Shown here in pieces: positions 37,050 through 44,487 of a stretch of 64,000 bases of DNA. The stretch lies in the NCBI GenBank assembly GCA_049841235.1, contig JASGEM010000030.1, positions 23,452-87,451 of the forward strand, read 5' to 3'. Under the pieces are notes generated by a model. The model made no database searches. It was not told where the DNA came from and saw only the letters and a list, made by a program, of their open reading frames with translations. The position numbers were made by a program, and so were the translations under genes. Every line of letters starts with the position of its first letter. Within the stretch, counting starts at the first letter, position 1. This DNA is from Propionicimonas sp. (GTDB taxonomy: Bacteria; Actinomycetota; Actinomycetes; Propionibacteriales; Propionibacteriaceae).

Positions 37050-37380
37050 GGCCCCATTCTTCCCTGCTCAGCCCGGATCCAGCGATGGCCGTGGCGGCTG
37101 GGCCAGACCGATGCCAAAGGATTCCGGGCAAGGACGAGCCGATGGAGGGCCTCGGTCGGCGAACGGCGGATGGCAAGACGATCGCGCGAGGCAGACCGCG
37201 TCGTCCGATGAGCGTGGGCCGCGGCGCCGGATCTTGCTGTCAGTCGAACTGATGCGGTTTGGCGAGCGAAGCCGGGAACGGCCGGCGCGCGATCAAGAAT
37301 CGTGTGCAGGCCCGCCAAACTCACAGTGCGTACGCCGGGAGCGGCCAGCGTGCCTGGTAGAGGGACACGCTCGATCGGGT

Positions 37381-38202
37381 TCAGGCCTTGGCGTCCTTCA
37401 GGCTGCCCTTGATCCCGCCCTTGGGAGAACCGACGCTGCAGACCAGGCGGTGATCCTTGACGTTGCGCCACAGGTCGCCGTCGGCGATGAAGTAGGTGTA
37501 CTCGTACTTCGAACTGGCGGCGTCCTTGCCGACGAACTTCTTGAACTCGGCGATGCAGACGCTGCTGATCAGCTTGGCGAGTTCCTTTTCGTCCGGTGCC
37601 TTCTTTCCCTTGATCTTCTTCTCGGCATAGACCTCGTAGTGGTGCTTCTTGGCGCAGTCGATCACCTCGAGGTCGAGCACCGGGACGTCCTGTCGTCCGG
37701 TGCATTCGCCGACCGTGGGGAAGAGGTCGGTGTCGTCCCGGGCAGTGGTGCTCAGGGTCTCCTCGGCGGAGCCGAGCAGGCAGGTGAGCTGGCGCAGCGC
37801 CGGTGTCTCCCAGGCCACTTCGTCGGGTGAGATGAACAGGGAGTTGTAGCGGCTGTGACTCGGGGTGACTCCCACGTAGGCCTCGAAGGCGGGCAGGCAG
37901 CGGTTGTTTGCGATCACCCTCATGGTCTCCATGCCGGGCAGCGTCTCGCCACCCAGTGGCACCACCTCGAACACCTCGTAGGTGTGGTCGGTGTCGCACG
38001 GAACCGTGGGGATCGGATCGCTGCTGAGCATGGCGGGCAACGGTCCGGTGCAATCGCCGACGGCGAGTTGGCGGGGCGGCGGCGTGGAGGTCGGGGCGGC
38101 CGATCCGGTGGGGGTCGGTGGGTTGACCGGGGGAGCCGCGGCAGGAGTGCAGCCGACGAGCGCGACGAACGCCGCGACGGCGATCAGGACGCGCTGGCGC
38201 AT
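37381..38202 (-). CDS. Septum-formation-family lipoprotein (duplicated Cys-rich domain)
   Basis: Lipobox in MRQRVLIAVAAFVALVGC. Two repeats of the GDC/GEC..VPC/IDC..H.YEV..C..F pattern. Confidence 0.7.
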   Translation of the reverse strand: MRQRVLIAVAAFVALVGCTPAAAPPVNPPTPTGSAAPTSTPPPRQLAVGDCTGPLPAMLSSDPIPTVPCDTDHTYEVFEVVPLGGETLPGMETMRVIANNRCLPAFEAYVGVTPSHSRYNSLFISPDEVAWETPALRQLTCLLGSAEETLSTTARDDTDLFPTVGECTGRQDVPVLDLEVIDCAKKHHYEVYAEKKIKGKKAPDEKELAKLISSVCIAEFKKFVGKDAASSKYEYTYFIADGDLWRNVKDHRLVCSVGSPKGGIKGSLKDAKA

Positions 38203-38471
38203 GGAACTCCCTTCGACGGACTCCCATGCTAACCAGTAGCCCAACCCGCCGAGACGAATCCGGCCGCTGGCTGGGCCATACCCACCAGGGTTCGGCCCCG
38301 GGACGCTGGATCGGGCGTGGATCGCACCGAATCGCGGTAGATCGGGCTCACGGCGGATGTGAGGCCGGCGAGGAACGCCGGTGGGCCGGGTCCGTCTCGC
38401 CTCTGGACGCCTGGACGATGCTGCTGAGGAGGCGATCGCTGGCGCGAAGAGGGGTGCGGTACCCTCGACGC

Positions 38472-38882
38472 ATGTCCGAACCGAATCAGCGTCACGCGGA
38501 CGCGCGGCGCCGGCTCGAGTTGGCGACGGCTGCCGCCAACGCGGAGGCCGCCGCCGCGCAGCCGCAGCTGGACGCCTTCGTCACCGAGGCCACGGCGCGG
38601 GGTCTTGCGCCGGAGGCGCTGCAGGCCACGCTGCTCACCGGACGCCGGGTGAAGACTCCGCTGAAGGGCTGGTACATCAACGCGGCGCAGACGATCGCCG
38701 TGGGCGTCGGCGGGGAGTTCTACAACCTGGTGACCTCGGGGCCGCCGCTGGCCCGGTTCACCGGGGTGACGCCCCCGCCCGCCCGCCCGGTGACGGAGAT
38801 CGGACGGGGCGGCCGCGACGGCGAGACCGGCCCGTTGGCCGACTTCCTGGCACGGGCGCTGGAGAATTACTCCGGTCGATAG
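38472..38882 (+). CDS. Hypothetical protein (136 aa)
   Basis: ATG at 38472 (MSEPNQRHADARRRLELATAAANAEAAAAQ). No recognisable motif. Confidence 0.45.
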   Translation: MSEPNQRHADARRRLELATAAANAEAAAAQPQLDAFVTEATARGLAPEALQATLLTGRRVKTPLKGWYINAAQTIAVGVGGEFYNLVTSGPPLARFTGVTPPPARPVTEIGRGGRDGETGPLADFLARALENYSGR

Positions 38883-39090
38883 AGATGTGGGCCGCCGGCC
38901 GGAGCCGAACATGGCACCAGGGGGCTGCTGGATATCCGAGCAACCCCCTGGGCGATCAGGAATCGGTGGAGGACTGCAGCGGACTCGCGCCGATGCTTCA
39001 GTATCGGGTGAAGGCGCTCGTCAACGCCACTTGAAACGTCACTTGTAATCAGATCGTTAGGAAACCTACGCAATCGTCAGTAGCGACACG

Positions 39091-39154
39091 CGGACAATAC
39101 CTTCCTCAGACGGACAACACCGGGGTTGAGCCGGACAACACCCGCGACAACACC
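39091..39154 (+). repeat. Four direct repeats of C/GGACAA(C/T)ACC (iteron-like)
   Basis: Cores GACAATACC (39093), GACAACACC (39113), GACAACACC (39134) and GACAACACC (39146). Spacing is 20, 21 and 12 nt. They lie in a locally ~50% GC intergenic region just upstream of the sigma-like gene. Confidence 0.55.
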
Positions 39155-39173
39155 CGTCCGCCAGGGTGGCTCC

Positions 39174-39836
39174 ATGCGATCGAGTCACCCCACCTTGCGG
39201 CGGCTGAACGCCGAGTGGCAGAAGCTCTCGGAGGCTCCCGTGCCGTCGTGCTGGGGGTCGGAACCTCCGCTCACCGAAGCCGCCGATCTGGCAGGGGTGC
39301 TGGCGTCGGTGCGGGCCGCGCCGGACGTCGTGCTGGGGGCATTGCTGCGGTGTGGTGACGCCACTGCCCACCGGGTGGTGCTGCAGGCGATGCTCGGCGG
39401 TGTGGTGCTGGATGCCGCGAGGGACCCGCTCCACGACCTCGACGAGTACGTCGCCGAGCTGTGGCTGCGGATCGCCACCTATCCACTCGTCCGCCGTCCC
39501 GGCCGGATCGCAGCCAACCTCGTCCTCGACACTCGCAAGCGGGTGCGTGGCCGGCTGGTTCCCCCGGTCGATCCGGCGGAACTGGCGGGCTCCGGCCAGG
39601 GAGCGGAGGATGCCGGCCCCTCGCCGGCCGACCTGGTGCTCGCCGAGGCCCGTCGGTCAGCCTTGATCACCGCTGAGACCGAGCGTGCCCTTCGTCTGGT
39701 CTACACCGAAGGTCTCGCCACCGGTCAGGCGGCCATCGTGCTCGGCGTGGCTCCCGCCGCCCTGCGGCAACGTTGTTCTCGCGCCGTGCGCCGTCTGGCC
39801 GCTCACTCGCGGGAACTGCTGGAGGCCATCGCCTGA
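39174..39836 (+). CDS. Divergent sigma-70/ECF-like HTH protein
   Basis: The C-terminal region-4-like HTH reads ERALRLVYTEGLATGQAAIVLGVAPAALRQRCSRAVRRL. A region-2-like segment reads YVAELWLRIATYPLVRRPGRIAANLVLDTRKRV. The ATG at 39174 is preceded by AGGGTGG; the tracked ORF begins at a TTG at 39126. Confidence 0.6.
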   Translation: MRSSHPTLRRLNAEWQKLSEAPVPSCWGSEPPLTEAADLAGVLASVRAAPDVVLGALLRCGDATAHRVVLQAMLGGVVLDAARDPLHDLDEYVAELWLRIATYPLVRRPGRIAANLVLDTRKRVRGRLVPPVDPAELAGSGQGAEDAGPSPADLVLAEARRSALITAETERALRLVYTEGLATGQAAIVLGVAPAALRQRCSRAVRRLAAHSRELLEAIA

Positions 39837-39837
39837 G

Positions 39838-39889
39838 TTATCCACAGCCCTTATCCACAGTGGGGATAACTACATCGGTGTTATTCCCA
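39838..39889. promoter_or_regulatory. Cluster of DnaA-box-like 9-mers
   Basis: TTATCCACA (39838-39846), TTATCCACA (39851-39859), TGGGGATAA which is the reverse complement of TTATCCCCA (39861-39869), and TTATTCCCA (39881-39889). The cluster starts 2 nt after the stop of the sigma-like gene and lies about 50 nt upstream of the GNAT gene. Confidence 0.45.
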
Positions 39890-39940
39890 CGTGGTGGCGC
39901 GCTTCCGGCCTCCCCCCTGCGGACTCCGTAGCATGGTCGT

Positions 39941-40444
39941 ATGAGCCATCGCGGCGCGCTCGACGATCTGTACGGGACTGCACTGTCCAGCATCGTCATC
40001 CTCGGCCCAGACGACGCCGGAGAAATCCTCACCCTCCAACGAGCCGCGTACGTGACAGAAGCCGCGGCCCACCACGACTTCGATCTTCCGCCGCTGACAC
40101 AGACCTTGGCCGACCTCGAAGAAGAACTCGCAGATCCCGCCGTCGTCGCCCTCGGCATTCGCGACAACGGCCGGCTGATAGGAGCGGCCCGGCTGCGGTG
40201 TTCGGGCCACACGGTCGAACTCGGACGACTTGTCGTAGCACCCGACCGGCAGCGTGAGGGTGTCGGCACCCGGCTTCTCCTCCACGCCGAGACCGTGACC
40301 CCCGAGATTCGCGAGATGCGCCTGTTCACCGGCGAGCACAGCACCGCCAATATTCGTCTCTACACCCGGCACGGCTACCACGAAACGAGCCGGACGTCCG
40401 CCGGCAGTTACCAGCTGGTGAACTTCGTCAAGGCCGTACGGTGA
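39941..40444 (+). CDS. GNAT family N-acetyltransferase
   Basis: 167 aa with acetyl-CoA motif A: LGRLVVAPDRQREGVGTRLL, followed by FTGEHSTANIRLYTRHGY. Confidence 0.85.
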   Translation: MSHRGALDDLYGTALSSIVILGPDDAGEILTLQRAAYVTEAAAHHDFDLPPLTQTLADLEEELADPAVVALGIRDNGRLIGAARLRCSGHTVELGRLVVAPDRQREGVGTRLLLHAETVTPEIREMRLFTGEHSTANIRLYTRHGYHETSRTSAGSYQLVNFVKAVR

Positions 40445-40480
40445 CCCCCGGCCTCGAGGTTACCGGCCAAGGCGGTTGTC

Positions 40481-41218
40481 ATGCGTGACCTGGAGCCGCG
40501 GATCGCAGCGCTGAAGGCGATGTGTGAGCAGACCCCCGGGGTGACGTCGCTGACGGTGTTCGGATCGACGGCTGCCGCCGCGGCCGCACGCCGGGACGAC
40601 TGGAGCGACCTGGACTTCGTCGTGTTCCTGGCACCGGTATCCGCGGCGGAACTGCGGCGGAGTTGGGCCTTCCTGCCCGATCGCGAAGACCTGGTGCTCA
40701 CCGCGCGGGAGGGCGACAACGGGGGAGTCGCGGTCTACTCCGATGGCCTGCTGTGTGAGTTCGGCGCGGGGGAGCCCTGGGTGATTCGTGATCCGGACCG
40801 TGAGGTGTTGCTCGACGGTGGTGACATCGCGACCGCGGCGCCACCACCGTTGCCCGACCCGGCCGATCAGATCGGGCTGTTCCTGGTGAAGACGGCCATC
40901 GGCGTCGGGCGTGTCCGTCGCGGCGAGCGGGTCGCCGGCAACGCCCATATCAGGGTCTACGCCCTCATCGCGCTCTGCGAGGTGTTGCGGCAACGGCTCG
41001 CCCCCGACGCGCCGCGCAACCCGTTTGATCCGTTGCGCCACCTTGAGCAGGCGCTGCCTCAGGTGGCGGACCGCGTTGCGGACCTCCTGGATGCCGAGGC
41101 CGAGATTTGTGCCCGCGGCCTGGTCCGGCTGGCTCGGGCCGAGCTTGAGCCCGGCTGGACGGAGTTTCCCAGCCGGGCCTTTGACGTCGTGCAGCGGTCT
41201 TTGGGCTGGCACGCCTGA
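40481..41218 (+). CDS. Nucleotidyltransferase-domain protein with helical C-terminal (KNTase/HEPN-like) domain
   Basis: Pol-beta NTase signature LTVFGSTAAAAAARRDDWSDLDFVVFL (GS...DxD). The C-terminal helical domain contains RVAGNAH (Rx5H). Confidence 0.65.
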   Translation: MRDLEPRIAALKAMCEQTPGVTSLTVFGSTAAAAAARRDDWSDLDFVVFLAPVSAAELRRSWAFLPDREDLVLTAREGDNGGVAVYSDGLLCEFGAGEPWVIRDPDREVLLDGGDIATAAPPPLPDPADQIGLFLVKTAIGVGRVRRGERVAGNAHIRVYALIALCEVLRQRLAPDAPRNPFDPLRHLEQALPQVADRVADLLDAEAEICARGLVRLARAELEPGWTEFPSRAFDVVQRSLGWHA

Positions 41219-41263
41219 CCGATCTCGGTCCTCAACCTGCACCGAACCCTCGAAAGGCCCCCA

Positions 41264-42100
41264 ATGACCCGCTCCCGTCCGTTCGCCCAGGTGGATGTGT
41301 TCTCCCGCGAGCCCTACCGAGGGAATCCGGTCGCCGTGATCCTCGACGCCGAGGGCATGGACGACGAGGCGATGCAGCGGATCGCGCGCTGGACGAACCT
41401 CTCCGAGACCACCTTCGTCCTGCCGGCCACCGCCCCGGAGGCCGACTACCGGCTGCGCATCTTCACCCCAGCCGGTGAGCTGCCGTTCGCGGGGCACCCC
41501 ACCCTCGGCTCGGCTGCTGCGTGGCTCGACAATGGGGGCCGGCCGCGCGCCGAGGGTCGGATCGTGCAGGAGTGCGGAGTAGGGCTGGTCGAGTTGCGTC
41601 AGGACGGCGGACTCGCCTTCGCCGCGCCGCCACTGCTGCGCACCGGTCCGCTCGACGAGGACTACCTGGCGCGGATCATCACCGCTTGGGGGATCGCCGC
41701 GGAGCAGGTGATCGGGCACCAGTGGGTGGACAACGGTCCGGGCTGGGCGGTGATCCGGCTCGCGACCGCCGCCGAGGTGCTGGCGCTCGATCCCGACCTG
41801 TCACTCATCCCGGACGCCATGGTCGGAGCCGTCGGCGCCTACCCGGAGGGCTCGCGCCATGGGTTCGAGTTGCGTGCCTTCGCCCCGGCCGTGAACGTGC
41901 CGGAGGATCCGGTCACCGGGAGCCTGAACGCCTCGGTGGCCCAATGGCTGGCCAGCGCCGGCCAGGCTCCCGACCGCTACACCGTCTCCCAGGGAACCCG
42001 GCTCGGCCGCGCCGGTGAGATCACGATCACCGTCGAGAACGACATCGTGTGGGTCGGTGGCGCCACCACTGTCTGTTTCCGCGGCCTGGCTGTCGTCTGA
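41264..42100 (+). CDS. PhzF family isomerase
   Basis: Reads FAQVDVFSREPYRGNPVAVILDAEGMDDEAMQRIARWTNLSETTFVLP and later FAGHPTLGSA. Confidence 0.9.
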   Translation: MTRSRPFAQVDVFSREPYRGNPVAVILDAEGMDDEAMQRIARWTNLSETTFVLPATAPEADYRLRIFTPAGELPFAGHPTLGSAAAWLDNGGRPRAEGRIVQECGVGLVELRQDGGLAFAAPPLLRTGPLDEDYLARIITAWGIAAEQVIGHQWVDNGPGWAVIRLATAAEVLALDPDLSLIPDAMVGAVGAYPEGSRHGFELRAFAPAVNVPEDPVTGSLNASVAQWLASAGQAPDRYTVSQGTRLGRAGEITITVENDIVWVGGATTVCFRGLAVV

Positions 42101-42315
42101 TCCCGTCCGGTCAGGCGGGGGTGATGCTCGGCCTTTGCGCGGTGTTCCTCCCGCCTGAGGACCATACTGTCGCGACACTCGAACTCGAGGAGACGCTGGT
42201 GGCCGTGGCGTGGACGCCAGGTCCACATCGCCCGGGCCCGCCACATCGACGCGCCCCCCCGCGATTGGTGGTCCGCGGTGTTGGCGATCTCATCGCGGCC
42301 GAGCCGGCTTTCCGG

Positions 42316-42699
42316 CTAGCTACTCTGCTGCATCCTCACCGTGGTGGTCGTGCCCATGACGGTGAACTCGAAAGAGAGTTCTCCATTGGAATATGCGAAC
42401 TCCTTGTCGTCTGCTGTCGACCCTAGGAGGGAGCCGTTCAGAGCTTCCTTATCGGCGACGGACGTGAATGTGGGTGACTGAGAATGATCGAAGGTTCCCT
42501 TCCAGTAGAGCATCTTCGCTCCGTCGGAAACGATTTCGACCACGATCTCGTCTGTGGAAATGTCCGCTTCGAACTGGGACGGCGTGTCGCCGACGCTCGT
42601 CCAGGTTCCCGTCATGTCGACGGGTTCGGCTACGGGCGCGCTGCATCCCATCAGGACCAGCAGCGGGAGCGCCAGGGCGGCGAGCATCTTCTTGAACAT
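42316..42699 (-). CDS. Small lipoprotein, unknown function (low-GC islet)
   Basis: Lipobox in MFKKMLAALALPLLVLMGC. 127 aa. Hand-counted GC is 48-60% per 60 nt across 42361-42540. Confidence 0.6.
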   Translation of the reverse strand: MFKKMLAALALPLLVLMGCSAPVAEPVDMTGTWTSVGDTPSQFEADISTDEIVVEIVSDGAKMLYWKGTFDHSQSPTFTSVADKEALNGSLLGSTADDKEFAYSNGELSFEFTVMGTTTTVRMQQSS

Positions 42700-42781
42700 G
42701 GGTGGACCTTTCTAGGCAAGGTTGGTCGAAACTGGTGGTTGTCGGATTTGCTTTCGCCGAAGTGCTTCTTGATCGACTTCT

Positions 42782-43141
42782 CTACTCGTATCGAATCGAC
42801 CCGACGGGTGGCGGTAGTCCGTCCTGCCACACCCGCGCAAAGACGTCGGCGACCAGGGGCCAGATGCGTCGGACGCCCTCATCGACGGAGTGGATGAGAG
42901 GGGCCGCTGATCCGAGGAGGACGAAGTCGTGAGGGATCGTGCGGCCAGCCACGTCCTTCCGGTCCAGAGGATCGGGGAACCGCAGCGCCAGGCGTCCGCC
43001 GGTGAGCCTGCAGACCGTGTCCCGGTCCTCCAGACCGGCGAACGCCTGCTCGTAGCTTGCCAGCGGGTCGGCCAAGCCTCCGTCGAGAAGGAAACGGAAC
43101 CCCCAGGAACGGCCGCGTGTCGCCCAGATCAGGTTCACCAT
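42782..43141 (-). CDS. 119-aa protein of unknown function, translationally coupled to the GTPase-like gene
   Basis: Its ATG at 43141 overlaps the upstream stop by 7 nt (ATGGTGA). It reads MVNLIWATRGRSWGFRFLLDGGLADPLASYEQAF. No motif recognised. Confidence 0.6.
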   Translation of the reverse strand: MVNLIWATRGRSWGFRFLLDGGLADPLASYEQAFAGLEDRDTVCRLTGGRLALRFPDPLDRKDVAGRTIPHDFVLLGSAAPLIHSVDEGVRRIWPLVADVFARVWQDGLPPPVGSIRYE

Positions 43142-44304
43142 GGGTTCTTGACGAGGAGATGGTTCGCCACACCCTCATCGAGGTCGAGCCGGAGCTTGGT
43201 GAGGATGGCCGTGAGGTAGTCCTTGTCTTGCAGCGCCTGCTGGTGAATCTCCGCCAGCTTCGACCTTCCGAGCTGGACGAGCTCCGCCAGTGCCGGCATC
43301 GCCAGCGGACCGAGGATGCGTCCGACCTTCGGTACCTTGACAAGCAATTTCGTGGTCGCTTTCGCACCTACGCCCGTCAGCACCGTCGCCAGCACTTCCG
43401 CGTGGTCGACCAGTCCGCCCAGCACCTTGAGCGGGATGTTGAACGTGTCGGCCCATTGCGCGACTCGCTCCAACGGGAGCATGGAGGCCACCGGCAGGAT
43501 GAGGTCGACGCCCACTCGCTCGCTGACCGTGATCCTGTCGGGCTCGAACTTCGCCGAGGACAGGAGGAGGAAGTCTTCACCGAGCGAGAGTGCCTCGGGC
43601 ACCTGGACGAACCCCTTGAGCGTCTCCTGCAGTGCTGCGACATCGCCGGCTGCCTTCTCCACCACGAGATCCTGAAACCCCTGGACGTCAAGACCGGGGT
43701 GCAGATCGGCTTTGGAGAGCGCCAGAACCCAGATGCGCGGGAACTCGGCAAGGGGCTCGCCGTCAGTCAGGATGTCGTCCTTGAGCCGCTCCAGCCCGTC
43801 CCCGATGCTACTGAGCAGGTACTTGAGGTACTTCTCCTCCTCGCCTACGTGATCGATCAGCTTCTGACCGTCGATCAGGATGAGGGCGACGTCGGACTTC
43901 ATCAGTTTCGTGAAGGTCGCGACCCGCCGCGCGGCTTCCTGCTCGCTGCTGGGATCCTCCTCGAACCACTCACCCGGGTAGTCATGCCAGACCAGCCGCA
44001 GCGCGCTGAACGGCTGCCCCTTGACGCTCTTGGTGCCGTCCCCGCTGTTCGGCTTCACAGTGAAGGCATAGCTGGTCGGCTTGAACGTGGTGGGTCGGGG
44101 AGCCTGTGACGCGTTCTTCATCCTGAGGTAGTTCTGGTGCAGCCGGTTGCCCTGCCCCGTATCTGCGGCAATCAGGCTATACAGACTCTTGCTGCGGAAG
44201 GAGGGCTCCCGGGTGGCGCCGTAGAAGGACGAGAGGAGTACGGTCTTGCCGCTGCCGCTGGCACCGAACACAGCCAGGTTCTGTTCTCTCACCTTCATGG
44301 CCAT
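43135..44304 (-). CDS. Septin-like (TRAFAC-class) P-loop GTPase-like protein with a novel helical C-terminal half
   Basis: Motif positions are in 392-aa ORF numbering: Walker A GASGSGKT (aa 17-24), VWHDYPGE (DxxG, aa 111-114) and LALSKAD (septin-type xKxD G4, aa 200-203). The start is probably ATG 44304, after AGGTGG; alternatives are GTG 44313 and ATG 44298. Confidence 0.75.
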   Translation of the reverse strand: MAMKVREQNLAVFGASGSGKTVLLSSFYGATREPSFRSKSLYSLIAADTGQGNRLHQNYLRMKNASQAPRPTTFKPTSYAFTVKPNSGDGTKSVKGQPFSALRLVWHDYPGEWFEEDPSSEQEAARRVATFTKLMKSDVALILIDGQKLIDHVGEEEKYLKYLLSSIGDGLERLKDDILTDGEPLAEFPRIWVLALSKADLHPGLDVQGFQDLVVEKAAGDVAALQETLKGFVQVPEALSLGEDFLLLSSAKFEPDRITVSERVGVDLILPVASMLPLERVAQWADTFNIPLKVLGGLVDHAEVLATVLTGVGAKATTKLLVKVPKVGRILGPLAMPALAELVQLGRSKLAEIHQQALQDKDYLTAILTKLRLDLDEGVANHLLVKNPW

Positions 44305-44435
44305 GCGCGCCACCTGAGCTTTCGTACCGTCCGGCTCATATCGGTCTTCCTTCTTTGTCGACGCGTCGGTGCGGCATTTGAGGTTGGAACGTGAGGAAAC
44401 GGAGGAGATGGTCTCCGCCAGCCCCCGAATGGCGA

Positions 44436-44470
44436 ATGTGACTCATAGTCCGTGGACTCATTGTCAGCAT
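44436..44470. promoter_or_regulatory. Double C-box operator of a restriction-modification-type controller protein
   Basis: The sequence is ATGT GACTCATAGTC CGTG GACTCATTGTC AGCAT. Box 1 (44440-44450) is a perfect GACT-N3-AGTC palindrome. Box 2 (44455-44465) matches 3 of 4 arm positions. The spacer is the 4-bp CGTG. The site ends 18 nt before the C-gene ATG. Confidence 0.65.
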
Positions 44471-44487
44471 AGCGGAACGGTGGGGTC

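Noticed and set aside
37050-37380. Riboswitch or structured leader upstream of the MscS gene (330-nt gap)
   Set aside because: I read both strands. I found only generic hairpins (AGCGTG..CACGCT after the upstream stop, and GTTTGGCG..CGCCAAAC) consistent with terminators. I saw no conserved riboswitch core, such as ydaO or a c-di-AMP-like element.
37004-38227. 407-aa minus-strand ORF overlapping the septum-formation-family gene
   Set aside because: It is an alternative frame with an Arg/Pro/His-rich composition. The 37381-38202 frame has a lipobox and conserved Cys patterns.
39838-39889. Chromosomal oriC
   Set aside because: The DnaA-box-like cluster is not flanked by dnaA or dnaN and has no AT-rich unwinding element. 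I report it only as a DnaA-box cluster of unknown role.
40460-41719. 419-aa minus-strand ORF spanning the NTase and PhzF genes
   Set aside because: It is antisense to two well-supported plus-strand genes and crosses their intergenic gap. No motifs.
42101-42315. Integration scar (att repeat, integrase or tRNA remnant) at the left edge of the low-GC islet
   Set aside because: I found no direct repeat shared with the right edge (44743-44764), no tRNA-like sequence and no recombinase-like frame. The insertion mechanism remains unknown.
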